Shown here one piece after another: positions 27,237 through 36,397 of a stretch of DNA of 64,000 bases. Position 1 is the stretch's first letter, and every line of letters begins with the position of its first letter. Source of the DNA: Candidatus Marinacidobacterales bacterium (GTDB taxonomy: Bacteria > Acidobacteriota > Vicinamibacteria > Marinacidobacterales > DATDRI01); NCBI GenBank assembly GCA_965197825.1, contig CBDANW010000003.1:2121566-2185565 (forward strand), given 5' to 3'. The position numbers were made by a program, and so were the translations under genes. Below the pieces are notes generated by a model that was given only the letters and a program-made list of their open reading frames with translations, was not told where the DNA came from and did no database searches.

Positions 27237-27740
27237 ATGAAAATCAACGACGACCACATGTATCACGGAGCTGCATTGCTGCAGATTGCTGAGGATCCAA
27301 GATTCACGGCCATAAACTCAATTGAGGTCTCAGGCCAGAAATCTCGCAGTGCCTACCGAATCAATGACAGCATCGGAATCTTTCTGAAGTACGCATCCAA
27401 GCCTTCAAGAACTTTCAGAGAATACACCTTTACATTTACTGCCGACCACCTGCGAGAACTAGCTGAAGTCGACAACAGTCAGGTGTCGAACACGTTTATC
27501 GCCCTCGTGTGCGTCAAAGACCGCGAAATTGCGTGCCTCACGCTTCCACAGCTCCAAGAGCTGGTCAAGCGCCGCCGAGAGGCCAAAGGCACACATGAAG
27601 ATCAATACCTTGTGTTGGTGACAGCACCGCAAGGGAAGAGCTTGCGGGCCTACGTCAACGCGCCCGGCCGCCGGAAGCACATCCTGGAGAAAGAACTGCT
27701 CATCAAGCGTCGGTCGTTTCCTGATGCGCTCTTCGTTTAG
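27237..27740 (+). CDS. Hypothetical protein (167 aa), lower GC
   Basis: SD gaggggg lies 7 nt before the ATG. MKINDDHMYHGAALLQIAEDPRFTAINSIEV...FIALVCVKDREIACLTLPQLQELVKRRRE. No confident domain assignment. Confidence 0.35.
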   Translation: MKINDDHMYHGAALLQIAEDPRFTAINSIEVSGQKSRSAYRINDSIGIFLKYASKPSRTFREYTFTFTADHLRELAEVDNSQVSNTFIALVCVKDREIACLTLPQLQELVKRRREAKGTHEDQYLVLVTAPQGKSLRAYVNAPGRRKHILEKELLIKRRSFPDALFV

Positions 27741-27800
27741 AATCGCGAAGAGACTGACCTGACCCCACGGTTAGTACCACACGGACTGGTGCCGGTGGTC

Positions 27801-27838
27801 GTCCTGTGCCAAAACTCAGCCCTTTTGAAATGGGACTT
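27801..27838. repeat. MITE-A TIR fragment
   Basis: gtcctgtgccaaaactcagcccttttgaaat. Confidence 0.5.
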
Positions 27839-28039
27839 ATACCGTTAGATTGACAGAAACCGTAAGTCCTGGCGTTCTAATGATCCAGCTCGAACGGGCC
27901 GAATCATCCCCCATCTACATATAGTGGTTCCGCGTTTTAGACCCTGACCACTACATCTTGGGGTTCAACCCTTCCGCCAGAACTCGACCCCGACAGAGTA
28001 ACCCCCTGGGGCCCTGTGGTAGTAGAATAAAGCCAGAAA

Positions 28040-28076
28040 AGAGGAAACGCCCCGGCCAGCAACCGGGGCGTCTAAA
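28040..28076 (-). terminator. Candidate Rho-independent terminator on the minus strand
   Basis: On the minus strand, gacgccccggttgctggccggggcgtttcctcttttctggcttta is a GC stem of 7 bp or more followed by a T-rich tract. Confidence 0.35.
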
Positions 28077-28601
28077 ACCGGCGGTGCCGCATGTACAAGA
28101 ACAGCGCCGCCATAGAGGTTTCTAATGTTAGATCATATCATAGAAGTCTTTGGGAATGAGCTCATTATAAACCTTGAGCCTACTATAAAGTCTATTTGCA
28201 AACCGTATGAGACGATTCTTGATCGTCTGCTGGCTGAGGGTCGGATTTCTGAATCTGAGCGCGAGGAGTTTCGTCAACAATCTCGACCCCCTCAGAAACA
28301 TCCCGCACTACCAACCTGGACAACTCAAAATCGCCGACGGTGATTACAATTGCTAGTTCTTTCATAGCTTTCCATTCCTCTATAGGGGGTAGAATAGCAC
28401 GATGAGCAAGCGACCAGATTACGGAGACGCTACGCCCGAAGACCTAGCCCTGGCGCTGATTCGGCCTAAGAACGCTAGCTGGTACGCGCGCCGGAAGGCA
28501 AGCCGTTGTCCGCAACCAGCTCTCGATACATCAGACGCTTCCCAATCAGACCAGGGCCACGATGACCAGCGGATCAAGTCTAGGTAGCGCAAGCGCTCAT
28601 A

Positions 28602-30000
28602 GGTCAAGTCTTAATTTTCCTGTCAAATCTCCGTACGGTTCCCCGCGCTCGGTTAAGCTGCTGATTCCTCCGACGTGCCTTGCGGGAGAAGCTCGTTGCG
28701 AAGCTCCTCGACTTTCCTAGCGGCGAAGACATCCATCCTCACGCCGCGCCATTTGTTTGCGACGGCCAAGAGCACAGCGAACGAGAGTTTCATCGCGGCC
28801 TCCTCGGTGAAGAAGTGAGGAATGACCTTTGTGCGACGTTTGTGCTCTCCGAACGTGCGCTCAAGTAGATTCGACGTGCGAAGCCTTTTGTGATGCGCCG
28901 CAGGAAGGCGTAGCGCCTGAAGACACGCTTCGAGGGTCTCTTCCATGCACTTCATCGCGCTCGGGAATCGTTGACGGTACCGAGCGATCACCTCCCGACC
29001 CTTCTTCAGCCCTTGCTCGTAGCTGTTCGCATGGAACGACTCAAGGATGGCCGCCTTGAGTTCGTCGCGCACTTCCTTCGGAGCCTTGCCCAGGATGTTC
29101 TCGAGGCGGTGCTTCTGGCAACGTTGCTTGAGGCTTCGAGGGAAGACCTCTGCGATCGCTTTGAGCACTCCAGGATTCCCGTCCGTCACGATGAGCAACG
29201 GCTCCCTCATTCCTCGGGCCACCATCTCCTGCAAAAACCCCTTCCAGTTCTCGTAGGATTCTCGGTTGCCGACACCGATATGAAGAAGAACTCGCGTCCC
29301 ATCAGCGCGATAGCCGGTCGCAACGAGGATGGGCTCTTTCCTCTCCGCTCCTTGGTGGTAGCGCAGGTACGTGCCGTCGAGCTCGAGATACAACAGCTTC
29401 TCGTTCGAGAGATCCCGTTTTCGAAACGCCTCGAAATCCTCCGACAGACACCGTGTGACCCGGCTCACCACCGACTTCGAGACACCCGTGCCGCTCAGCA
29501 CGTCCGCGAACGTCGCCTCAATGTCACGCGTCGACATCCCGTGGACGTACATCCGCGCGATCAGTTCATCGAGTTTCTCGGTCCGGCTCACGTAGGCGTC
29601 GAGAATCTTTGACTGAAACACCTTCTCTGTTTCTCGTACCCGCGGCACTTGCACCGTTACCGCTCCCTCGCCCGTGAGGACCCGATGCGACTCATACCCG
29701 TTGCGTCGTCCCTTCTCCTTCGTCGTTGCCGGAGCGTTCTCATAGTAGTTTCGACCCAACGCCTCCGTCACCTCGCGCTCCAACGCATATTGAAGCATCA
29801 TCTGAGCTCCCGACCGGACGATCTCCGAGAGATTCATCTCCCCAAATACCAGTTGTTCCTCGAACTGCTTGAGTAATCGCTGACTCGGTAGTACCTTTCC
29901 CATGATGTATGGTTCTCCTTTTCTGTCCCCATGACGGGGACGGGTTTGAGCTTGGGAACCATACATCGTTTTTCTTTGACAGGAATCTTAAGACATCACC
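28602..30000 (-). mobile_element. IS256-family element, copy 1 (about 1.4 kb) with IRs ggtcaagtcttaattttcctgtcaaa / tttgacaggaatcttaagacatcacc
   Basis: 99% or more identical to copies 2 and 3. The flanks gctcata / gctgata are not a clean TSD. Confidence 0.85.
28653..29903 (-). CDS. IS256-family (Mutator-type) transposase
   Basis: MGKVLPSQRLLKQFEEQLVFGEMNLSEI...LYLELDGTYLRYHQG...VATGYRADGTRVLLHIGVGNRESYENWKGFLQEMVARG...TSNLLERTFGEHKRRTKVIPHFFTEE. ATG at 29901-29903. Confidence 0.85.
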   Translation of the reverse strand: MGKVLPSQRLLKQFEEQLVFGEMNLSEIVRSGAQMMLQYALEREVTEALGRNYYENAPATTKEKGRRNGYESHRVLTGEGAVTVQVPRVRETEKVFQSKILDAYVSRTEKLDELIARMYVHGMSTRDIEATFADVLSGTGVSKSVVSRVTRCLSEDFEAFRKRDLSNEKLLYLELDGTYLRYHQGAERKEPILVATGYRADGTRVLLHIGVGNRESYENWKGFLQEMVARGMREPLLIVTDGNPGVLKAIAEVFPRSLKQRCQKHRLENILGKAPKEVRDELKAAILESFHANSYEQGLKKGREVIARYRQRFPSAMKCMEETLEACLQALRLPAAHHKRLRTSNLLERTFGEHKRRTKVIPHFFTEEAAMKLSFAVLLAVANKWRGVRMDVFAARKVEELRNELLPQGTSEESAA

Positions 30001-30270
30001 GGCTGATATCGACCCGCCGGATGAGACGGAGCAGGGGGGCTGCCGAGGCACCATCATTATTACTGCCGGAACACAGCCCGTCTAAAAAGCGACGCACCGA
30101 GGCGAGCTCTTGCATCGTTGGAGCGTGGGTCAGCGAGGCCGGGAAGGTCGGGGCATCCACATGCTGTCGGATGAGATGCACGACGGTCTGTTCCAGCATC
30201 GGGGCGGGCAGCCGCCAGCCGGAGAGGTCCTTTTGGCCACTGTGCTGGATGAGGCGCCGGGAGACGTAGT
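30001..30270 (-). pseudogene. Second copy of the serine-recombinase C-terminal region, truncated by IS256 copy 1
   Basis: ...LRLRYYVSRRLIQHSGQKDLSGWRLPAPMLEQTVVHLIRQHVDAPTFPASLTHAPTMQELASVRRFLDGLCSGSNNDGASAAPLLRLIRRVDIS. About 95% identical to 15815-16085 in inverted orientation. Confidence 0.5.
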
Positions 30271-30339
30271 AGCGGAGCCGTAGGCCGCGCCTACGGAGCA
30301 CCGCGCCAGCCCTCGACCCTACCGGGCGCCAGGGGCGTG

Positions 30340-31194
30340 CTATTGCATCCACCAGTCTTTGTTCAGCTCCGCGATTTGCACGAACATCTCCGCTTTGTCC
30401 TCAAGCATATCGGATGCTATTTGGAAGTGAACGCGTTGCCTTCTCTCGGTGTATTGAAAGCCTTTGTCGCTGAGTAATTCTAGAATCTCCTCGCGCTTGC
30501 CCCCGTAATGAAAATGGACGAGCACATTGTTTCCGCTTCGGTTCTCGAGCAGCAACTGGTTGTAGCCGCTTGAAGTGATCACAACAGAGAACTTGTTGAA
30601 TCCTAGCTTTGGATTTGAATAAACCGTCTGCGTAAGGCTCAATAGATACCTTGCACTGGCCAATGTTTTTTGAGATTTCTTTACCCAATAAGCCTCATCG
30701 TAGATCTCACCATCTCCTGACGAGGCGTTGTCGTCTGGCTCCTCGTACACATCTATGATTTTGGTGAAATGAAGGCTTTTGCCGTGCGGGCTTTCCACGA
30801 CGTTGACCTGAATGGCGATCAACGGCACCGCACCGCTGAGAATTTGAATGACGTTGAAGAATCGCTTTGTAATACGCTCTGCAACCAAGACTGCATAGTG
30901 TTGTCGTTGCGGCCATTTTCGCTTCATGAGGTCCCAATACTCGATGGTTCTCACGATGTGGTCTGGATCAGTTTCTCCGAGCATCGTTTCGACTTCGTAC
31001 ATCGAATCATCGACGGGGTTCTTGAGCAGAATATCGAGTCGCCCACCAGAGCTTACGGCGCGCTCCTTCGTCACGCCTTCAAGTTCGCCGAGCCCAAGAC
31101 AAGAAGGGCTCTCCCATATTTGGGCTTGCAGCCAAGCCTCATCGAGCCCAACGGAATGAAGCGTCACGGTTTTCGAAAAGGGTATCGCGTCCAT
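30340..31194 (-). CDS. PD-(D/E)xK nuclease-superfamily protein, paralog B, in a low-GC (about 48%) gene immediately downstream of the ParB::MTase gene
   Basis: MDAIPFSKTVTLHSVGLDEAWLQAQIWESPSCLGLGELEG...GGRLDILLKNPVDDSMYEVETMLGETDPDHIVRTIEYWD aligns with paralog A (EDWLQ...GPIDLAYM...SIVECKLW...QILDYA). ATG at 31192-31194. An upstream in-frame GTG at 31314 would leave only a 15-bp gap to the MTase stop. Confidence 0.5.
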   Translation of the reverse strand: MDAIPFSKTVTLHSVGLDEAWLQAQIWESPSCLGLGELEGVTKERAVSSGGRLDILLKNPVDDSMYEVETMLGETDPDHIVRTIEYWDLMKRKWPQRQHYAVLVAERITKRFFNVIQILSGAVPLIAIQVNVVESPHGKSLHFTKIIDVYEEPDDNASSGDGEIYDEAYWVKKSQKTLASARYLLSLTQTVYSNPKLGFNKFSVVITSSGYNQLLLENRSGNNVLVHFHYGGKREEILELLSDKGFQYTERRQRVHFQIASDMLEDKAEMFVQIAELNKDWWMQ

Positions 31195-31329
31195 GTTTTT
31201 TCCTAGTGCTTGCACGGGAGTTTTTCTAGTTTCGCAAGGCTGTTTATACGCGCTCTCGGGTTTCAACTGTTCATTCCCACTTCCAGGCATTACGCGGCCA
31301 TCCGTCTGGTCCACAGATGGCTGGTCGCG

Positions 31330-32727
31330 CTAGGCCTTGTTGGGCTTCGCGTCATAGATCGGCGCGAGCTTCGCTTTCCCGACTTGCTGGCGATACTCAC
31401 TTCGGAGAGCACCGATCCTCTGCCACTCGCCGCTTGCGTCGCGGCAGTACCAGTAGTCCCACCCGTTCCCCGATTTGCTGGTCACGGCAGAGAAGGCCTT
31501 GCTCGGGCTGTCGTGGCACTCGTTGTTTACCTCCAGTGCCTCGCCGGGCTCGGTGTGATTTAGAAGCGGCGCTTCGAAAAGAGCTACTGGCTTTTGCGTC
31601 GAATGCCCCGTGGGCGCGTTCGCCGAAGTCGCGTCCCCACCGAACGGGTTATTGTTCGGAACCGACCACACTGTGGTCTGTGTGCGGTCACCCTTCCATC
31701 GGGACGTACGACCTGTGCGCACGGCATACCAACAGACCTCATGCCGCCAATGGTAATCCGCACGGCTGAAAACAAAGTGCTGCTTGCACCAAATAATTTG
31801 GGACCGGATTTCAAGCCCGGCCGTGCGCAACGCGGTAGCGACCACCCCACCGTGAAGGCTCGCGTGCCAGCAATAAGCAACATCACCGGGGAACAGCTGG
31901 AACGCCGCCGTCCAGTCGACCCGGTCATCATTGGCCACGGGACCCACTGCATGCTTCTTGCCGCCATCGACCCCGGCGCGCCATTTCGGATCGTATTGAA
32001 CTCCGTACGGGGGATCCGTGGCCATGAGGCAGGGCTTCCGGTCGCCGAGAAGGGCCTGGACGTCAGCGGAGTCGGTGCTGTCGCCGCAGCGTAGGTGATG
32101 CGCGCCGAGTTGGAACTGGTCGCCGCGCACGATGGAGGTCGGCCGGGACTCGACAGTGGCATCGGGATCGGTGCGGCCTTCGGTGATCGGCCCGGGTCCC
32201 ACGGCGGCGCGCCATTCCGGCGCCGTCCACTCCCGCTTTATGCTCGGGTCTTGTTCGGCATAATCGAGCAACCTCGCATTCCAGCCGCTCAGCTCGCTTG
32301 CGCGATTGTCGTCGATGATGACCCGCGTCTTTTGCGGCGGGCTAAGATTTGCCCGCTGCACGAACACCGGCCGTGTGCCGTCGACACTCACCACGATGGC
32401 GTCTCGATAGCCGGCCTGTACCGCAGCCTCCCGCATTCCGTTGCCCGCCAGGATCACGCGCTCTTCGTCAATGACGCCCGAGCGCGCAGCCCCCACGCGA
32501 TCGAGGGACGCCGCAATGAAATCAATCCCGCGGGTCATATGCGTTCTCGGGTTGTCCTCTAGCGGCGTCAGCTTCGTGAGCGGGACGACCGACACCTCGA
32601 CCAGCGAGGGCGTCTCCGCATTTTTCGGATCGCGTCTGGAAGCAGCGTTGTCGGCGGGTACGGTTTTCGGCACAGCGGCACGCGGGCGCTTGGCCTTGGT
32701 GCGACGGCGTGAACTGGATTTCGTCAT
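31330..32727 (-). CDS. ParB-like nuclease domain fused to an N6-adenine/N4-cytosine DNA methyltransferase (DPPY type)
   Basis: ParB/Srx motif DRVGAARSGVIDEERVILAGNGMREAA. MTase motif IV CLMATDPPYG. Motif I-like WSVPNNNPFGGDATSANAPTGHSTQKPVALFEAPL. Basic N-terminal tail. Confidence 0.7.
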   Translation of the reverse strand: MTKSSSRRRTKAKRPRAAVPKTVPADNAASRRDPKNAETPSLVEVSVVPLTKLTPLEDNPRTHMTRGIDFIAASLDRVGAARSGVIDEERVILAGNGMREAAVQAGYRDAIVVSVDGTRPVFVQRANLSPPQKTRVIIDDNRASELSGWNARLLDYAEQDPSIKREWTAPEWRAAVGPGPITEGRTDPDATVESRPTSIVRGDQFQLGAHHLRCGDSTDSADVQALLGDRKPCLMATDPPYGVQYDPKWRAGVDGGKKHAVGPVANDDRVDWTAAFQLFPGDVAYCWHASLHGGVVATALRTAGLEIRSQIIWCKQHFVFSRADYHWRHEVCWYAVRTGRTSRWKGDRTQTTVWSVPNNNPFGGDATSANAPTGHSTQKPVALFEAPLLNHTEPGEALEVNNECHDSPSKAFSAVTSKSGNGWDYWYCRDASGEWQRIGALRSEYRQQVGKAKLAPIYDAKPNKA

Positions 32728-32834
32728 GTCTCCGGTTCTCGTTGTTCATGAACAAGATAGCGCGTTCGAAACAGATGTTCAACGGTTATGATATAATTCA
32801 ACGTTATGACATTTAGGGGGGACATTCATACGCC

Positions 32835-33494
32835 ATGACCGTTAAGAGAAAACGCTCGAGCCGCAAAAAGGTGCCGGCATCCGTTGCGACGAGGCGCCGA
32901 AGCCACATCCATGCACGCCGTCTGGCAAAACTCGTGGAGTTTGCCCAGACGGAATTGACGGCTGAGTCAGCCGACCGGTGGTCGAGAGAACTGCCGGAAA
33001 TAAGGTTAAGCGGTATTCGTCGCGTGCATCCACGCGGGCCAACCGATGGTGAGCTCACACCCGTAGCCCTGCTTGCCCTGCAACACGAGGTCCTGGACAA
33101 GCTGGATCACCTCGTCTCGTTTCCGGATGCCCCTCTGGTGCAGATAGAGATCCGAGCACATCAAGTGATGTTGTTAAAGTACGAGGGACAGCTCGAACGA
33201 AGCATCTTGGCCAAGTGGCCCGACTCGTTCTGGATCGCGGTGGTCGAGATCCTGGAGGACAGTGGGCACCGGCTCGCCCGGTGTCTCCGGCCAGCGTGTC
33301 AACGTCTAATCGTAAAGACGCGGCGTCAGCGGTACTGCTCCTCGAGCTGTTCCCAGATGGTGCGGTCGCACCGCTGGTACGAAGCCCATCGGCCTGAAGC
33401 CCAGCGCCGACGGCGGGAGGCTTACGCTAAGGAGGTCAAGGCGAAGTATCCGGGGGCGAAGATCAAAACCACACGCCCGCGGGACCCGCGATGA
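32835..33494 (+). CDS. Hypothetical protein with a C-terminal CGNR-like zinc finger; possible regulator, divergent from the ParB::MTase gene
   Basis: ...ARCLRPACQRLIVKTRRQRYCSSSCSQMVRSHRWYEAHR resembles zf-CGNR (C..C...RYCS..C). Basic N-terminus. Confidence 0.3.
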   Translation: MTVKRKRSSRKKVPASVATRRRSHIHARRLAKLVEFAQTELTAESADRWSRELPEIRLSGIRRVHPRGPTDGELTPVALLALQHEVLDKLDHLVSFPDAPLVQIEIRAHQVMLLKYEGQLERSILAKWPDSFWIAVVEILEDSGHRLARCLRPACQRLIVKTRRQRYCSSSCSQMVRSHRWYEAHRPEAQRRRREAYAKEVKAKYPGAKIKTTRPRDPR

Positions 33495-33539
33495 TGGGGT
33501 TCATTCGTCGGAACGAGGTCGGCTCCGTTACCCTTCATC

Positions 33540-34500
33540 ATCAATAATGCGGGGATGTCCCGACCGCTGTTGAATTTGGTCGGGTAGCGGCGGCACCTGT
33601 GAATACTCTTAGGCAGCAAACTCATCGCTGTCAAGAGATTTCTGTTTGCTTCTAAGCGCGTGAACGAGAGCGCCCATATGGCGATAGCCTTTGATACGCC
33701 GGAACTTTTTCTGCGCGGTGACGACGCCAAGAGCGGTCCATCGGCGAACCATGGAAGGACTCTACCAACGCTTGACGTTTCTCGATACTCTGCGAATGGT
33801 TCCGTTGAGATTCTCAATGGCGTTCGTCGTGGCAAGAGACTGGCGAAGTAAGGCGGGCAGCGCGAGCTTCACGACCGTGAGTGTCTCTTCCATCCCTTCA
33901 CGAAGGCTTCCGGCAGCTTCGTCGTAGCCGTTTCGCTCGAGCCACGACACCAATGCCTGAAGTCGCTTGCGCGCCTTGTCGGCACTCTTGCACTTGTAGG
34001 TTTCCTTCATCGTCTGGAGCACGTAGGCGTGACGAGACTTGGGAAGGTACGAGCGAAGATTCCGGAGTTTATGGATCTGGCACCTTTGGATGACCGCGAG
34101 GTCCCCCCAAAACGTCGACGAGTGCCTTGCGGATGCCTTTGCCTCCGTCCACTACGCAGAGAATCGACTCATCGACGCGCAAGCCTCGCTCGATAAGGTC
34201 CTGCAACATCGCGGTGCACACCCGAGAGTTCTCCGTCGAGCCCAGCCATATACCCAGGGGCACCTTCGTTCCATCTATTGTGATACCGAGAGTTACGACG
34301 ACGGTCTGTCCGGCCACCTCAAGGCCATCCAGCATCAGTGCCGCAAGCTCGAACTCCTCTAGCCGCCGAGACAGGTTCTGCACCTACTGCTCAGAGAGGA
34401 CGCCGAGGAGATCGCGGGGCTCAAGGGCAAGCACGAGAAGGAGCGAACTCATAACCACTGGGGGAGCACGAACGGAGAGCTGAGCTTCGGTAGCACGCCG
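33540..34500 (-). pseudogene. Degraded IS256-like transposase (a second family), split into several frames
   Basis: ORFs 33762..34022 (...LATTNAIENLNGTIRRVSRNVKRW) and 34069..34383 (...VVVTLGITIDGTKVPLGIWLGSTENS...CVVDGGKGIRKAL) are Mutator-type transposase segments. The 3' 450 bp is repeated at 62020-62447. Confidence 0.5.
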
Positions 34501-34537
34501 ATCCAACCCTGGACGTTCTTGGTCGTCGCGGTAGAAG

Positions 34538-34727
34538 TATTTGAATGCTAGTGTTAGTTGGTCCGGGTGTGTCGGCGAACGCTATCGCCACTAATAAGGA
34601 TGTCGGCGTGCACATGAAGATGCCCCTGAACGTCAGGAACCGCGTGGTCAGCCCAACCGGCATCGCCGAAAGAACGGCGTCTCTCGAAATCAGGCTCAAA
34701 CTCCAGCTCGCAAGCGGGTTACGCGGC
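34538..34727. repeat. MITE-C partial copy lacking both TIRs
   Basis: gtatttgaatgctagtgttagttggtccgg...gaaatcaggctcaaactccagctcgcaagcgggttacgcggcggcc. Confidence 0.5.
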
Positions 34728-34741
34728 GGCCGCATGGGCGA

Positions 34742-34850
34742 GCGCGTGATCTTAATTCCCTGTTCTTCCAGAGCGATTCCCTGTTCGCCTATTTCAAATT
34801 CCCTGTTCGGTCATCTCAAATTCCCTGTTATTTCGGAACAGGGAATTGCC
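34742..34850. repeat. Iteron-like array: four direct copies of aattccctgtt at 20-24-bp spacing, then one inverted copy (aacagggaatt)
   Basis: ttaattccctgttcttcc / gcgattccctgttcgcc / caaattccctgttcgg / caaattccctgttattt / cggaacagggaattgcc. Two more ccctgtt copies lie at 36325-36345, on the far side of IS256 copy 2. Confidence 0.6.
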
Positions 34851-34868
34851 ATCTAACCATTTGAGATA

Positions 34869-36268
34869 GGTGATGTCTTAAGATTCCTGTCAAAGAAAAA
34901 CGATGTATGGTTCCCCAAGCTCAAACCCGTCCCCGTCATGGGGACAGAAAAGGAGAACCATACATCATGGGAAAGGTACTACCGAGTCAGCGATTGCTCA
35001 AGCAGTTCGAGGAACAACTGGTATTTGGGGAGATGAATCTCTCGGAGATCGTCCGGTCGGGAGCTCAGATGATGCTTCAATATGCGTTGGAGCGCGAGGT
35101 GACGGAGGCGTTGGGTCGAAACTACTATGAGAACGCTCCGGCAACGACGAAGGAGAAGGGACGACGCAACGGGTATGAGTCGCATCGGGTCCTCACGGGC
35201 GAGGGAGCGGTAACGGTGCAAGTGCCGCGGGTACGAGAAACAGAGAAGGTGTTTCAGTCAAAGATTCTCGACGCCTACGTGAGCCGGACCGAGAAACTCG
35301 ATGAACTGATCGCGCGGATGTACGTCCACGGGATGTCGACGCGTGACATTGAGGCGACGTTCGCGGACGTGCTGAGCGGCACGGGTGTCTCGAAGTCGGT
35401 GGTGAGCCGGGTCACACGGTGTCTGTCGGAGGATTTCGAGGCGTTTCGAAAACGGGATCTCTCGAACGAGAAGCTGTTGTATCTCGAGCTCGACGGCACG
35501 TACCTGCGCTACCACCAAGGAGCGGAGAGGAAAGAGCCCATCCTCGTTGCGACCGGCTATCGCGCTGATGGGACGCGAGTTCTTCTTCATATCGGTGTCG
35601 GCAACCGAGAATCCTACGAGAACTGGAAGGGGTTTTTGCAGGAGATGGTGGCCCGAGGAATGAGGGAGCCGTTGCTCATCGTGACGGACGGGAATCCTGG
35701 AGTGCTCAAAGCGATCGCAGAGGTCTTCCCTCGAAGCCTCAAGCAACGTTGCCAGAAGCACCGCCTCGAGAACATCCTGGGCAAGGCTCCGAAGGAAGTG
35801 CGCGACAAACTCAAGGCGGCCATCCTTGAGTCGTTCCATGCGAACAGCTACGAGCAAGGGCTGAAGAAGGGTCGGGAGGTGATCGCTCGGTACCGTCAAC
35901 GATTCCCGAGCGCGATGAAGTGCATGGAAGAGACCTTCGAAGCGTGTCTTCAGGCGCTACTCCTTCCTGCGGCGCATCACAAAAGGCTTCGCACGTCGAA
36001 TCTACTTGAGCGCACGTTCGGAGAGCACAAACGTCGCACAAAGGTCATTCCTCACTTCTTCACCGAGGAGGCCGCGATGAAACTCTCGTTCGCTGTGCTC
36101 TTGGCCGTCGCAAACAAATGGCGCGGCGTGAGGATGGATGTCTTCGCCGCTAGGAAAGTCGAGGAGCTTCGCAACGAGCTTCTCCCGCAAGGCACGTCGG
36201 AGGAATCAGCAGCTTAACCGAGCGCGGGGAACCGTACGGAGATTTGACAGGAAAATTAAGACTTGACC
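34869..36268 (+). mobile_element. IS256-family element, copy 2, flanked by an 8-bp TSD ttgagata
   Basis: The TSD is at 34861-34868 and 36269-36276. It is inserted inside the ccctgtt repeat array. Confidence 0.85.
34967..36217 (+). CDS. IS256-family transposase
   Basis: SD aaaaggagaacc before the ATG at 34967. The protein is identical to copy 1 except for a few residues. Confidence 0.85.
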   Translation: MGKVLPSQRLLKQFEEQLVFGEMNLSEIVRSGAQMMLQYALEREVTEALGRNYYENAPATTKEKGRRNGYESHRVLTGEGAVTVQVPRVRETEKVFQSKILDAYVSRTEKLDELIARMYVHGMSTRDIEATFADVLSGTGVSKSVVSRVTRCLSEDFEAFRKRDLSNEKLLYLELDGTYLRYHQGAERKEPILVATGYRADGTRVLLHIGVGNRESYENWKGFLQEMVARGMREPLLIVTDGNPGVLKAIAEVFPRSLKQRCQKHRLENILGKAPKEVRDKLKAAILESFHANSYEQGLKKGREVIARYRQRFPSAMKCMEETFEACLQALLLPAAHHKRLRTSNLLERTFGEHKRRTKVIPHFFTEEAAMKLSFAVLLAVANKWRGVRMDVFAARKVEELRNELLPQGTSEESAA

Positions 36269-36397
36269 TTGAGATACAGATGGTTACCACGTCAAAAACG
36301 CTCCGATCAGCCTCAATAATGGCCCAAATTCCCTGTTTTTCCCTGTTCTTGATGGTTTCCAGCCGAGACCGGATAGCTCCAACCTGCACCATCCGCC

